Shown here: positions 10,350 to 22,090 of the stretch, piece after piece | How positions within the stretch are numbered: the first letter of the stretch is position 1 | How the letters are laid out: the number at the start of each line of letters is the position of its first letter | NCBI GenBank assembly: GCA_965262725.1 | Contig: OZ253555.1 | Span: 352,001-416,000 of the forward strand | From: Dehalococcoidia bacterium | GTDB taxonomy: Bacteria > Chloroflexota > Dehalococcoidia > UBA2979 | Length of the DNA: 64,000 nt | Direction: 5' to 3' | Made by a program: the position numbers and the translations under genes | Notes under the pieces: generated by a model | What the model was told of the DNA's origin: nothing | Databases searched by the model: none | The model's input: only the letters and a program-made list of their open reading frames with translations

Positions 10350-10650
10350 TCACGTCCGACGCGGATGCCGCGCCGGCGCAGCATCGACTTGAAGGCGACG
10401 GCGTGCTCGCGCTTACGCGTGAAGCGGCTGAACTTCCAGACGAGGACCTCCTCGAAGGGCGCGCCTGACTCGCCGGCCTCGTCGAGCATCCTCCTGAAGT
10501 GCGGCCTATCGGCGACGCGACCGCTCTCGGCCTCATCGACGTACTCGCGCACGACCAGGTAGTTGTTCTTCTCGGCGTGCTCGCGCAGCGCGCGCAGCTG
10601 GGCGGCGACAGAGAGGTCGATGTCCTGGCGGTCGCTGGAGACTCGCGAGC
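10350..10650 (-). pseudogene. serine recombinase catalytic-domain fragment
   Basis: RVSSDRQDIDLSVAAQL..YVDEAESG..DRPHFRRML..VWKFSRFTR; truncated at both ends. Confidence 0.88.
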
Positions 10651-10806
10651 AGCTCGACGAGCAGCTCCCACGTCCCACCGCCCGTGCCGTCCTCGGCGGC
10701 CGGTGCGCCCTCGAAGTCCGGTATGTTCGGGCCCCGCGTCGCCGAGGATCGTGCCGCCCTCGGCGAGGGGGAGGGCGTAGGCGGTGTTGTCGCCGAGGGG
10801 AGCGGG

Positions 10807-11667
10807 TCAGTCACGGTTGAATGCAGAGTTCCGTTCCGCCTCCTTCACCTCGATCAGCCGACGGGCGGGTTCGAGGTCTGCCTGGGATCCGATTACCCCC
10901 ACCGCCCAGACATAGAACGTGACAAACCATGGGTCGTCGTGCGCATCGTCGTAGAGCGATCGCAGGAGCGAGAGCCTCTGTGGATCGCGAGTTCGGCCAA
11001 TTGCCCAAGCCGTCTCGGCTGGTAGCTTCCTCGCTACCGTCATCGCGAGTGCGGGGTCAACTACGATCAGCCGTTCGATAAGCCGCGCTCTTGCTCCGCT
11101 CGGGCGAGAATCGCGATCTCGCTTTGTGTCAGACCGTTCAAGGAGCTGTACGCAGTCGCCCGCCGATAGCTCATCGGCGAACCCAGCAAGTAACGAGAGC
11201 GCTTCTCGGTCTTGGTGCTCGGCATAGAGTCCCAGCAGAATCTTCACGAGTTGTCTATCGAGTCCGCAGAGCCGGAGCGCTCGGTACCCGGTTCGACGAT
11301 GGATCACGCGTGGCCCCTCCAGAAGCCGGGTGCCGAGCGACCGCGCTCGCGGCGGTGGGACGAGCCTAATCAGCCGAAACAGTGCGCGATCAACGCGACG
11401 ACCCTCTTCGCCACGTCGCTTCATGCCGACATCCACGAGGTAGTCGAGCTTGTCAGCGATCTGACTCGTGATCGCGAGATCGTCCGATGGGTAGTCAGCC
11501 AGATAGTTGATCGCATCGGCAGGATATTCGTGATGCAGGACTGAATCGAGACGTCCGATGAGCTCATCAGCAGGCGTGCACCGGAGTTCGGCGAGTTCGA
11601 TCGTGGACCGCAGGTCGGTCAGCCGACGCCACCAAGGATCCCACTCGACATGGTCGCTAGCGCTCAT
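10807..11667 (-). CDS. hypothetical alpha-helical (HEAT-like) protein
   Basis: 286 aa ORF abutting the upstream gene, with normal protein composition. Confidence 0.55.
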   Translation of the reverse strand: MSASDHVEWDPWWRRLTDLRSTIELAELRCTPADELIGRLDSVLHHEYPADAINYLADYPSDDLAITSQIADKLDYLVDVGMKRRGEEGRRVDRALFRLIRLVPPPRARSLGTRLLEGPRVIHRRTGYRALRLCGLDRQLVKILLGLYAEHQDREALSLLAGFADELSAGDCVQLLERSDTKRDRDSRPSGARARLIERLIVVDPALAMTVARKLPAETAWAIGRTRDPQRLSLLRSLYDDAHDDPWFVTFYVWAVGVIGSQADLEPARRLIEVKEAERNSAFNRD

Positions 11668-11673
11668 GATCCC

Positions 11674-12309
11674 TCACCCAGCAGCCACGTGCGCACCATC
11701 ACGTGTCGCTGTCGCCGTTCCCATCTGCCTCTCGACGGCCTGGCGGACGAGCCCCATTACATACCGGAGGTCTTCCGCCTCGCTGAGGTCTACCTCCACG
11801 TCGCCGTTCCCCCAGCGACCGAGGTTGGTGACGTCCTTGGCAAGGCCTCTAGGATCGTGCAGCTCATGGAACCGCATATTCAACGCGAGACGGAGCCGCG
11901 AAGCCAGTGGCACCACGTCCACAAAGTTGGTTTCTGCCTTGTACGCAACGTAGTGCTTGAGGAACTCTTCGGTGACCACGGGGCCGAGCGCGAGCACTTC
12001 TTTCCGGAACATGTCGAATAGCGGTCGGAACGGGCTTCCCGGAGCAAGGTACGGGTGATCGTCAATCGTGTACGTCTCAGCCGTACGTCGCTCCGGCTGC
12101 GTCCGGTAGGGGGCGAGGCTCTCGGCCGACAGGTCGACATCCGCCCAGACGCTTGCAGCCACGCTCGCAAGACGTTCTGCCCGGAGCTCAATCGCCTGCT
12201 CGTCCCATCGCTCTAGCGATCCGATGCCCACGTTCAGTCTGAGCGGGCTCACCCTGAAGCCGCCCTCCACGTCGAGCTTCTCGACGAAGGGGCGGTCACT
12301 GTACTCCAC
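11674..12309 (-). pseudogene. C-terminal fragment of GmrSD-like (DUF262/DUF1524) protein with DUF5655 domain
   Basis: EYSDRPFVEK..GGFRVSPLRLN..WDEQAI..RA, then YVAYKAETNFVDVVP..DVTNLGRWGNGDVEV; 5' part missing. Confidence 0.8.
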
Positions 12310-12427
12310 AGGTGTCGTCTCATTGGCGAGCCGCTTCGCCGGTCATGTCCCCGCGTCCGACGCGCCATAGTCGGGCGACGAGGATGACGTCCGGCATGCT
12401 CCGAGGCAGGGACGTTCTCGAACATCC

Positions 12428-12610
12428 GACCTCCACACTGCCAGGGCGCTAAGCTCGTTCCTGTCCGATCCCAAGCGGTCCCGCTGAGTGCCGACTAGTC
12501 CTGTTTGCTCGGCTAGTGCCGAGGTTGGGGTGGTGTGCTGTACCGCCTCGTCCCATGCAGTACCACCCAGCATGTACCCAACATGTACCCACCGCAGCGG
12601 AGGTGACCGG
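12428..12610. repeat. third, partial copy of tRNA-Ala att core plus adjacent arm
   Basis: GACCTCCACACTGCCAGGGCGCTAAGCTCG..CATGTACCCAACATGTACCC matches 22526-22700. Confidence 0.85.
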
Positions 12611-12977
12611 CCCCGGACGCGAGTCCACTCCTCATAAGAGTCGCGGCGCTTCTCGAGCAAGTCTCGCCACCGGTCGGACCGTGGGTGAACGTCCGTACGG
12701 CCGACGGGGCTGGACAATCTCCCCACTGATGTACCCAACACCGGCGGCCGCGCGGCGTCCAATGCCCGGGCTTGGGCTTTGGCGGTTGGTGGGCCCACGT
12801 TGACTGTACTGCGAACTTTCGAGTTGGCCGTGGGGCTGTGAGCCGAGGAGTCAGAGGAACCACCGCAAGACGGAGAGGTCCTCTTCGCGGCCTCACGGCA
12901 TGGTGATCGGCAGGCTCGAATCTTCGCTGGCTCACCAAGGGAGACTGTACGACGAACTTTGTGCTGACCGTGGGCCT

Positions 12978-13503
12978 TCATGCCCCTCCGTCACGACGGT
13001 AGGGCCCTTTTCCGCACCGCCGGGCGAAGGCTCGAGAGCAACGAGATAGTTGCGCGCTTCCTGGCCACCATGAGTGTGGTCCTCGCAGATCGCGATAAGC
13101 CGGTCCCGCTGCGAGTCGTAGCGCATGTCAGCGAAGCGAAACGGTTGGTTGGGGGTGATGGGAACGGGATCGGGCGCTTCGTCCGAACGTCGGTAGACGC
13201 GCTGGTCGGCGAAGTTCGCAAAGTAGGTGATCCCGTCGTGGGTCAAGACCGGTGCGCCGTCGTACTCGTGGACGCGGGTACGCACGTTGTAGCCAGGTGG
13301 CGTGAGATCGGTTGATGTGCCGTCAGCCTCGCCGCGCACGAGAACGTAGCGCCCTTCTTCCGTTGGTCGTCCTTCGAGCCAGTAGGTGACCTGCCCATCG
13401 AGCGCTGTCCCTCCGAGGCGGATGGCCTGGAGGTGATCACGTCAGAGGTGATTGGGGACTTCCAAGAGCCGTACGGGGCGACCTGTGGCGTCGACGAGGG
13501 CAT
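12978..13503 (-). pseudogene. S9 family peptidase N-terminal fragment, frameshifted and truncated
   Basis: APYGSWKSPITS..YWLEGRP..EGRYVLV..NVRTRVHEYDG..FRFAD. Confidence 0.82.
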
Positions 13504-13539
13504 AGGGCAAACCTTTCGCGGCGGATTGTAGGCACGGGC

Positions 13540-13634
13540 TGCGGCTTGATGCGCCGCTGGGGATGATCGTTCGGGACGAACGCCTCAGCCGTCACCGCCA
13601 GCATGGTCGTGGTCTGCCGCCCTCGCTCGCGCAT
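13540..13634 (-). pseudogene. IS5/IS1182-type transposase N-terminal remnant
   Basis: MRERGRQTTTML..FVPNDHPQRRIK. Confidence 0.55.
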
Positions 13635-13987
13635 GGGGAACGGGGGCGAACTGTGGGGAGCTCAGGGAGACCCTGCGCCACGCCCCCCGCTGCGGAGCGG
13701 GGGGCTACGGGGGCCGCCGCGGCGCGCTCCACGGCCACCGCGCGGTCACCGCTCCCTCCTGCGGTGCCTCCTCATCGGTCGAGCCGGTCTAGGATGACGA
13801 GCACCGACGCCACGCCGCCCGACAGGGCGCCGAACGCGAGGATGGCCGGGCTCAGCTGCGAGGCACGGGGGATGCCCGCCGAATGGCCACAACTTGGCCA
13901 CAATTGTTCGCGCTTCTTAGCGGGTCTAGGCGTCGGGATTGAACCTGAGGAGGTGGCGGTTTGCGGATTCGAATCGAGACCAGCCGC

Positions 13988-15028
13988 CTAGCCGCTCTCG
14001 CGGTCGCCGACGCGTCGTAGGATTGTGCGCCCCTCTCGGTTGGCCCCCACTCCCTCGGTCGCACGCGCGCGATAGGCTCGCTGTTTTTCAGCATTGAGGC
14101 ATGGTCGGCTGCAATACCGAGTGCCGGTGCTGATGACGCGGAACATCCGCGTACAGGAGCCTCTTTGGCAGAAGCGGAAGTCGTGCCCCGCGGCGATGTC
14201 GTTGGCTGCGATCACCGCCAGTGCCGCTACTGCCGACGGCGCTGACCAGCGAAGGTCAGTCCCTCGACTACTGCGCGGCACGAGTACCTGCCGAGCTGGG
14301 GCCTGCAGGTAGTTGATCTGCGTGAAGGCCTGGAGTCGGTCTAGTACTGGGAGGCTTGCATTCAGACCCTGATTCGCCCAATCGAGGGCCCTGCGGAACG
14401 CCAGAGCCGCAGCCATGAAGTCAGGCACGCACTCCCGATACGACTCACGGAACTCCTTGGTGCCGGGTTCTGGCCACTCTCGGCTGAGCATCACCTCAGC
14501 TTCGCGACCGAGCGGGTCCTGCGAGACGAAGAGATGGGGGTTCCATTTGTGCAGGTCGGCCCACAGGGACGGGAAGAATCTCCACCACGTGCGAGTTAGG
14601 GCCTCGCTATAGAGGGAGTCGTCCCAACCTATCGACGGGTCGAGCTTGCGGAGCAGAGCGGCTGGCTCCGCAGTGGTGGTCTGGGACTGCCACCCGTAGC
14701 CGACCCACCGATGGACCGTACCCATCGGCAGCGTGACCTCGGCAGTCATCTGGAGCAACGCTCCCGTCGGCCCGTAGCGGGCGGACCACTCGGTGATGCG
14801 CCGCTTCTCGGAGTCGGTGGGCGGCAGGAATTCGTTCTCCCGGTCGGGATCAGGGACATTTGCCAGCTCAAGGTATGCGGGATTCCGCGTACGACTCACA
14901 CCGCTCCCGGCATTGTCGCTCCAGAGGTCGAACCCGATTGGCTCTCGCGAACTGCCCGACGGCAGGACATACCCGTCCCGGATCTCGTACTGGTCGAACC
15001 GCCACCAGGGGAAAGCATGAATATCCAT
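13988..15028 (-). CDS. CGNR-type zinc finger domain protein
   Basis: C-terminal FCQRGSCTRMF..RYCSRPCLNAEKQRAYRAR. Confidence 0.7.
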   Translation of the reverse strand: MDIHAFPWWRFDQYEIRDGYVLPSGSSREPIGFDLWSDNAGSGVSRTRNPAYLELANVPDPDRENEFLPPTDSEKRRITEWSARYGPTGALLQMTAEVTLPMGTVHRWVGYGWQSQTTTAEPAALLRKLDPSIGWDDSLYSEALTRTWWRFFPSLWADLHKWNPHLFVSQDPLGREAEVMLSREWPEPGTKEFRESYRECVPDFMAAALAFRRALDWANQGLNASLPVLDRLQAFTQINYLQAPARQVLVPRSSRGTDLRWSAPSAVAALAVIAANDIAAGHDFRFCQRGSCTRMFRVISTGTRYCSRPCLNAEKQRAYRARATEGVGANREGRTILRRVGDRESG

Positions 15029-15165
15029 CGTCGTTACCCTCCTGTTACCCTGATATAGTAACGCAATCGGCGCTATCCTCTAGGGACCGCGTCGGGCCGC
15101 TTGGCCCGATGCTCCGAGCGGAGAGTGTGATGTCCGTGCTCCAGACGGGAGGTGATTCGGGAGCC

Positions 15166-15687
15166 ATGGTCGATCGCGTTGGGATCTACATCGACGGGCC
15201 CAACCTCTACGGAGGTGCGCGGCGGCTGACCGGAGATGGTGGTCTCGACATCCCCGCGCTCGTGCGGTCGATCGCCGGTGGCCGCGAGATTGCGGACGTT
15301 CGCTTCTGGACCGGAGTCCTAAACCAAGCCTACGGAGCCGATGCGTACGCGAGACAGCGCCGGTTCTTCGCAGCCATCGAGCAACAACTCCCCAATGCAA
15401 GAATCGGGCGTGCCAGCATCAGGGACCGCGGTGGCCGACAGGTGGAGAAGGGCGTGGATGTAGGAGTCGCGCTCGATCTCGTCATGGGCGCTTACGAAGA
15501 TCGCTGGGACGTGGGCATTGTTGTGAGCGGGGACGGCGATCTGGCGAGGGCGGGACATCTTGTCGCCGAGATGGGGAAGAAATTCGAGGTCGTGTGCTGC
15601 GCTCGGACGCTTAGCGGGCTCCTACGGGCCGAAGCACACAGGACCACGGTGCTTCACGCTGACGATCTTCGCGCATTCCAGCGCTGA
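15166..15687 (+). CDS. NYN domain (PIN-like) ribonuclease
   Basis: IYIDGPNLY..EKGVDV..VVSGDGDL. Confidence 0.88.
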   Translation: MVDRVGIYIDGPNLYGGARRLTGDGGLDIPALVRSIAGGREIADVRFWTGVLNQAYGADAYARQRRFFAAIEQQLPNARIGRASIRDRGGRQVEKGVDVGVALDLVMGAYEDRWDVGIVVSGDGDLARAGHLVAEMGKKFEVVCCARTLSGLLRAEAHRTTVLHADDLRAFQR

Positions 15688-15906
15688 GAAGACGAAGCCC
15701 GCCGTGGTGCCGAGGCACGACGACGGGCGGATAAACGTGGCTCATGCCACGAAGAGATATTCGGGCTTCTCGGCCCCGCTTGTCAAGGCGGCAGTTGGCT
15801 GGCCCTCGTACCCCTGACGCCCTCTTGCAACATCCCAGAAGAAGGAGAGTCGATACTCAAGGCGATAGGCCTTGGATTGGGGCGGGTAGCAGGAGGGCGG
15901 TTGAAC

Positions 15907-16161
15907 GTGCCTGAACCCAACGAGGTCATCCACACGTGGACCGACGAGGACGACTTGCTGAACAACATTCGGGGCGTGCTCTTCGAGAAGACTGGCCGGC
16001 ATGCCGGGTTCGGGCCGGGCGCCGCCCCGACAGTGGAGTACGTTCTGACGCTCCAGGACCGCTTCGGCGAGCCGCTCCGGTTCCCTCTCAGGCTGGTATC
16101 ACGAACGAGCTTCCCTCTCGAGGGGGGCGAAAGTGCGAAGGAGCAGCATCGAGATGACTGA
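15907..16161 (+). CDS. small hypothetical protein
   Basis: AGGAGG RBS upstream, plausible composition. Confidence 0.4.
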   Translation: MPEPNEVIHTWTDEDDLLNNIRGVLFEKTGRHAGFGPGAAPTVEYVLTLQDRFGEPLRFPLRLVSRTSFPLEGGESAKEQHRDD

Positions 16162-16271
16162 CGCACGCGAAGAGCACATCGCACGGCTCGAGGCCCACGT
16201 GGCGGCCCTGCCGACCTTCCTCATCGCTCCGAGGAGCTCGACATGGTGTGCTACCTCTTCAGGAACAAGCG

Positions 16272-18044
16272 ATGTCCGCATTGAATGATCAACGCCCTCC
16301 GATCCGTATCACTCGTGTACGTCTATTGAACTTTAAGGGATTCGAGAAGTATTCGCTTACCCTCGACCCGATGACGATACTCGTCGGTCCGAATAACGCC
16401 GGAAAATCCACCATAATCGGTGCGTTTCGGGCGCTAAGTGTTGCTTTGCGCACGGCGCGTGCGCGCAGGCCCGTGATATTGCAGCGAGGCGATCGTAGCC
16501 AACGCGGATACCGAATTCCGACCGAGGGAATCCCGATCTCCGTCGAGAACGCTCAGCATAACTATTCGGATCAGGACGCCGTTGCGGAGTTCGAGCTTTC
16601 GAACGGCCGAACGCTTAGTTTGCTTTTTCCCCCCGGCAGAAGTTGCTCGCTAGTAGTTGACGCCGATGGGCCAATCATTAGAACTGTTGCCGATTTCAAG
16701 CATCACTTTCCAATTGATGTTGGCGTAGTACTTGTGTTGGGTCCGGTGGAACATAATGAGCAGGTCGTGGAAGACCAAACGCTGCAGCGCAATCTTCAGA
16801 CTCATCGCGCCTCAAGGCATTTTCGGAACTATTGGTACCGAAGCAGTAGGGACGAATTCCAGGCATTCCGGCACGCAGTCATGAGCTCATGGGATGACGT
16901 GGATATCGAATTCCGAGAATTGTCGTTCGGTTCAAGCGCTCCCGCCGTCGTACACATGATGTGTACGGAAAGGCGCATGACGCGAGAACTCTATTGGATG
17001 GGCTTCGGCTTTCATGTTTGGCTGCAGATCATGACACATGTGTTGAGAGCACGCGACGCGACTATTCTGGTGATCGATGAGCCTGAGACCTATCTGCACC
17101 CCGCGCTACAGCGGCACCTCCTGGGTGTCCTTCGCGGCGCGGGACCTGACTGCTTACTGGCTACGCACTCCTCGGAGCTTGTTGGCGACGCCGAGCGCAC
17201 CGAGATCGTCCTCGTCGATAAGGCACGACAATTGGGCAAGAGGCTTGGCTCTGGTGCCCACGGTGATGCGCTTGATGCTCTTGGCTCTAGGTTCAACTTC
17301 GCCCTCACGGATGTCTTGCGCCACCGTGCGGCCATCCTTGTGGAGGGGGAGACTGACTTGAAGCACCTCAAGTTGCTGGGGAGTCGTCTGTCGCCTGCAG
17401 TGCTCGGCGGCACGAGAATCCCGCCACTGATCCCCCTTGGAGGACATCGACCTGACGACGCGCGAGACATTGCACGGGCCATGAAGACACTAGTGGGGCC
17501 CGATGTCCGGCTCGCCGTCGTGCTTGACCGTGACTACCGGTCGGATGAAGAAATCGAGGCGCTTGAGGCTGCGCTGCGCGAGGATTTTCGTATAGCTCAT
17601 GTTCTCTGGAGGAAGGAACTTGAGAATTACTTCCTAACCCCTAGTTTGATCGAGAGGACGCTTCGAGCACGGAACGATGAGGAAAGCAGCAGCCTTGACG
17701 TCGTATCGCTTCTGCGATCGTTAACCGACGACTTGCACGCGGTGGCCCAGGGTCAGTGTGTGGCACAGCATCTCGCCTATGGCGCGAGGACGAGATCCGG
17801 AGTGGACCCTGCTACCCTGAGCCAGGAGGCTCTCGAGCGCTTTCGTATCCGCTGGACGACGCTCGACAGCCGCCTTGAACTCGTCTCAGGGAAGGATCTT
17901 CTACGACGACTGAATGCTGCGCTTCAAGAGCAGGGGAGGAAAGCCCTCACGATGCCGCAGCTGACAAGATGGATGACGGGGAATGACATCCCACGTGAGA
18001 TGATGACGCTCCTGCGCGAGCTTGACGTGCTGAACCCTCTCTAG
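16272..18044 (+). CDS. OLD-family ATP-dependent endonuclease (ABC ATPase + TOPRIM)
   Basis: LLNFKGF, GPNNAGKST, ILVIDEPETYLHP, ATHS, ILVEGETD, VLDRD, KELENY. Confidence 0.88.
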   Translation: MSALNDQRPPIRITRVRLLNFKGFEKYSLTLDPMTILVGPNNAGKSTIIGAFRALSVALRTARARRPVILQRGDRSQRGYRIPTEGIPISVENAQHNYSDQDAVAEFELSNGRTLSLLFPPGRSCSLVVDADGPIIRTVADFKHHFPIDVGVVLVLGPVEHNEQVVEDQTLQRNLQTHRASRHFRNYWYRSSRDEFQAFRHAVMSSWDDVDIEFRELSFGSSAPAVVHMMCTERRMTRELYWMGFGFHVWLQIMTHVLRARDATILVIDEPETYLHPALQRHLLGVLRGAGPDCLLATHSSELVGDAERTEIVLVDKARQLGKRLGSGAHGDALDALGSRFNFALTDVLRHRAAILVEGETDLKHLKLLGSRLSPAVLGGTRIPPLIPLGGHRPDDARDIARAMKTLVGPDVRLAVVLDRDYRSDEEIEALEAALREDFRIAHVLWRKELENYFLTPSLIERTLRARNDEESSSLDVVSLLRSLTDDLHAVAQGQCVAQHLAYGARTRSGVDPATLSQEALERFRIRWTTLDSRLELVSGKDLLRRLNAALQEQGRKALTMPQLTRWMTGNDIPREMMTLLRELDVLNPL

Positions 18045-18256
18045 AGGGAATGGTACGGTCTGCGCGGAGGGCGCAACTCCGGACGGAAGCCTACTTGAGG
18101 TGCCGGGTCGGGCCGGTCGACCGGGGAATCTCACGACGACCGGGTGGGATCCCGCACCGCCGCGACCGTGGCCACGTGGCCGGGAACGCCCGGCCGGAAG
18201 GGCATATGCTAGCGCCCCCGGCAGGCACTGACGTCCGGTAGCGAGAAGGGCCGCCT

Positions 18257-19006
18257 GTGCATGTGTACGCGAGTTCGACCGACGAGTTGTCCGGCGACGC
18301 GGTCCTGTGGAGGTACATGAGCTTCGCGAAGTTCATGTCGATGCTCGACAGCAGAAGCCTCTTCCTCTCGAGCATTGCGAGCGTCGACGACCAGTTCGAG
18401 GGGTCGCTGCCCCGCGGCAACGTCCTTCTGCACAGGTGGCTCAGGGAGCGCGAAGCGTCGGCGGACTCGGAGAGAGGGTCACCAGACATCGAGGAGTTTG
18501 CGAGGCGCCGGAGACGCTCCGTCGTCGTGAACTGCTGGCACCGCTCGGAGCACGAGTCCGTGGCCATGTGGAGGCTATACGCGGGAGGGCGGGAAGGCGT
18601 CGCCGTCAGGACGACCGCTGCGGATCTCCGTGGGTGCTTCCTGGAGAGTCCGCCGACGTTCGTACTCCCCGTCCGCTACATCGACTTCGACGAGGATACT
18701 GTCGACGAGATCAACGACTTCCCCCGCTACCTCGTGAAGAGGAAGCCTTTCGAGTTCGAGTCCGAGGTGCGGGCGATCAAGTTCGACGTGCCCATGAAGG
18801 ATGGAGAGATAGACCGCTCGCCGGAGTCCTATCGGCGGCCTGGCGTCCGGAACAAGGTCGACCTGGGCCTGCTCATGGGGGAAGTGATCGTCGCACCGGG
18901 AGCTGGCTCGTGGTTCTTCGAACTCGTCACGGAAGTCACGGCCCGGCACGTCTCCGGCGTGGCAGTTCGCCGCTCGTCCCTCGACTGGCAGCCAGTGTGG
19001 GGCTAG
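18257..19006 (+). CDS. DUF2971-like protein
   Basis: LWRYMSFAKF..DQFEG..NCWHRSEHESVAMWRLY..KRKPFEFESEVR. Confidence 0.8.
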   Translation: MHVYASSTDELSGDAVLWRYMSFAKFMSMLDSRSLFLSSIASVDDQFEGSLPRGNVLLHRWLREREASADSERGSPDIEEFARRRRRSVVVNCWHRSEHESVAMWRLYAGGREGVAVRTTAADLRGCFLESPPTFVLPVRYIDFDEDTVDEINDFPRYLVKRKPFEFESEVRAIKFDVPMKDGEIDRSPESYRRPGVRNKVDLGLLMGEVIVAPGAGSWFFELVTEVTARHVSGVAVRRSSLDWQPVWG

Positions 19007-19129
19007 CACGCGCGGGCCCCCCGCGATCGGCCCCCCCTGAATCGGAGCGTGACGGCCTCCGTCCGAGGCAGCCCCGCGACGATGCGGGGGGCCAGAGGTG
19101 GGCGTCTTCGATCGCGACACCGGAGGCCA

Positions 19130-19285
19130 ATGGCATCGGCCGAGCGGCTCGTGGGCACGTTCCGGCGTGAATGCCTGGACCACATCATCGTGGTGACCGA
19201 GCGCCACCTGCGCTACGTGCCGCGCGAGTTCGTGCGTCACTACAACGCCGTGCGGCCGCACCGGACGCTGGGGCTCGACGTCCCG
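19130..19285 (+). pseudogene. integrase-core (IS3/IS481-like) transposase C-terminal remnant
   Basis: AERLVGTFRRECLDHII..HYNAVRPHRTLG. Confidence 0.8.
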
Positions 19286-19353
19286 GAGCCCGGGACCGGT
19301 CCACCCGCCCCCGCAACAGGAACCGAGCTTTCTGAAGGAGGTAAGAGAGCAGG

Positions 19354-20249
19354 GTGACAACACAGGAACCATTGAACGACAGACACATCGGCTGCCCATT
19401 CCAGATACAGATGTGCGATCTGCAAGGCGGCATCAGTTTGGGGACCGCCTTCTTCTATGAGACGCAGGGAGAGACGTTCATCATTACGAACTGGCACAAC
19501 GTAACCGGAAAAGATCCGCTCACAGGCCAGTCGTTGGACACTGGTGGACGTTACCCCTTGTACATCCGGGCCAAGTGGGTTGTACGCGGTAAAGACCGTG
19601 AAGACGGCGCCTTCTCAGGGCATCTGGCAGCGCATCAGGTTGAGATCGAGGACGACGATGGTCCTCTCTGGTTCGAGCATCCCGAGCTCGGCTCGCTCTG
19701 CGACGTAGTTGCGATACCGTGGTCTGAGTCTCCGGTTGGGAAAGTGGCGTTTTCAATAACCCGGCGAACAAGATCGATGATGGGCTTATCCCCATAGACC
19801 CGGGGCTGAAAGCCCTGGTGATAGGGTTCCCGCGAGGACTTAGCACGGGGCCGGGGTTGCCAGTCATAAAGTCGGGGACGTTGGCATCGACTCCTGGCTA
19901 TGAGGTCCGACTCGGGGGAGCGTTCTCATCTGTGGGCGGAATGCAAGACGGCGTTTCACTCCCGGCGATGCTGCTCGACGTGCATACGGTGCCCGGAATG
20001 TCGGGCTCCCCTGTGTTCGGTGAGTACAGTGGATTCTGGAATCCGAAGGACCCACGCCGGCCTGGGATCTCCGACGACTCCACGTTCGGAGTCGGCCGAG
20101 TGTTTCTCGGCTGCCACAGTTCCCGGGTGCTCGAGGTTGAGGAACGAGCTGGACTGGCGATCTGTTACGGAGCCGACGTCATCGAAGAAATCTGTCGCAC
20201 CAAGCATGGCGGGTCGCGGTTCCCTCGTGCGCCAGAGACTTCGAACTGA
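19354..20249 (+). pseudogene. trypsin-like serine protease, split by one frameshift near 19730
   Basis: GTAFFY..ITNWHNV (His)..DVVAI (Asp), then in the next frame IGFPRG..PGMSGSPV (Ser). Confidence 0.8.
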
Positions 20250-20612
20250 TGCCGGTACCCTCGACCGCATCAAGGACCGTATTCGGCGCCTGACGCTGAG
20301 CGCGCGTGAGCGCCTGCCGGATGCGCCGGGGCAGCCCCGGTCAGGCTCCGGCACACCACGAGCAGCTCAGCGTCGGGCGGAACTCGCTGCAGGAGCAGCG
20401 CTCGGCGATGGTGCGGGCGCGCGGACAGCCGCAGGCCATCCGGCCCCGCCGCGGTGGCGGCGCGCGCGCCGGCCCGGTAGCCTCCTCCTCGGCTCCCCGC
20501 TGAGGCAGGCCCGTGGTGACGCACACCGGCCCCGGCCAGCCCCGTCTCCGGTTGCGGGCAGCCCCTGCGTGCCTGCAGCGCGCCCGTCCGGCGTCGGCTT
20601 CCCTCTGACGGC

Positions 20613-22090
20613 ATGGCGCAGCGGACCGACCCCACCGACGCCTCGCCCGAGCGGCCCGCGCTCGCGCTCCCCGAACGGGAGCCCGACCCTGGGAACCCCT
20701 GGTCCGACGACATGCTCGATCGCAGAGCGATCGGAAAGCGCCTGACGAACATCGTCTCATCGCAGAAGGCGCCCTTCGTCATCAGCGTCGACGGCCGCTG
20801 GGGGACCGGGAAGACCTTCGTGCTGAAGCGCTGGGCGCAGGAGCTGCGCACATGCGACCCCGGCTGGCGGGCGATCTACTACAACGCCTGGGAGGACGAC
20901 TTCGCGAGCGACCCGCTGCTCGCGATCATTGCGCAGGTCCGCGAGCACCTCGGCGAGGGCTTCGCAGAGCGGGTCCGCAGCGTCGTGGAGGCGGCGGGCC
21001 CCCTGCTCTACCATGCGGTGTCGGCCGCCTCGCTCCTCGGCACCGGGATGTCCCTCCCGCCGCTCCCGACGGAAGGTGATCGCCCCGCCTCGGAGAGGCT
21101 CGACGCCTACGATGCGAAGAGGGCGGCGACGGAGGAGCTCAGGAAGACCCTGCGGCTCCTGGCGTCCGACGTCCGGGAGGAGACTGGCCACCCGGTCGTG
21201 TTCATCATCGACGAGCTCGACCGGTGCAGACCGACCTTCGCGATCGCGCTGCTGGAGCGGGTCAAGCACATCTTCGACGTACCCGATGTCGTCTTCGTGT
21301 TCGGGGTCAACCGCCACGAACTCACGCGCTCGGTGGAGTCGGTCTACGGCGCGATCGAGGCGGGGACGTACCTTCGGCGCTTCTTCGACATGGAGTTCGT
21401 GCTCCCCGAGGCTGACCCGATGCGGTTCTGCCTCTACCTGCTGCACCGCTACGGGCTGGAGGCCTTCTTCTTCGAGCTGAGCACGCGCGCACGCGGCAGG
21501 GTCACCTCACCGAGTTCCAGACGATCTCCGAGTACCTGCCCGTGGTGGTCGGCGACCTGGGTCTCTCGCTCCGGGACATGGACTACTGCGTCCGGCTGCT
21601 GGCCCTGGCGGCGGGGGACCTCGAGCAGGGTGAGACGCTCCATCCGGCGCTCTTTGTCGTCCTCGTCGCGGTCAAGATCGACGACCCGCAGCTCTACCGC
21701 CGCTTCGTCGACGGCACCGCCCGCGGCGCGGAGCTCATCGATCACCTCAACGAGCGCCGACGGCGGACCCGCGCCGGCAGCGGCCGGTACCGGACGCGCG
21801 AAGAAGGGCGCATCCTCGACCTCGTGGAGGCCGCCGTCTACTGCGCGGACGATGCCGGCATCACCCAGACGCAGCTGGAGCTGCGGCTGCGGGGCGCCGC
21901 CCCGACGCTGCCCGACTACCTCTCCTCGGAGACGGCGGAGCTCGATCGCGAGGTCCCCATGGACCGCGAGCGCCTGAGTCACCTGGAGACCATGGTCCGC
22001 AGGTGCGCCACCGATCCCGCCCGGTACGGCGTCAGTCGCAGGTACTTGGCCGGGACGATCGACCTCTACTCTGGTCCGGGGGGGCGGTGA
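20613..22090 (+). pseudogene. KAP family P-loop NTPase, one frameshift near 21500
   Basis: VDGRWGTGKT, YNAWEDD, FIIDELDRCRP, YLRRFFD; the reading frame continues as GHLTEFQTISEYLP.. to TGA at 22090. Confidence 0.85.

Noticed and set aside
13936-13990. Possible degenerate tRNA-like att (GGATTGAACCTGAGGAGGTGG resembles 22481-22503)
   Set aside because: Too diverged to assign; no convincing T-arm or acceptor pairing.
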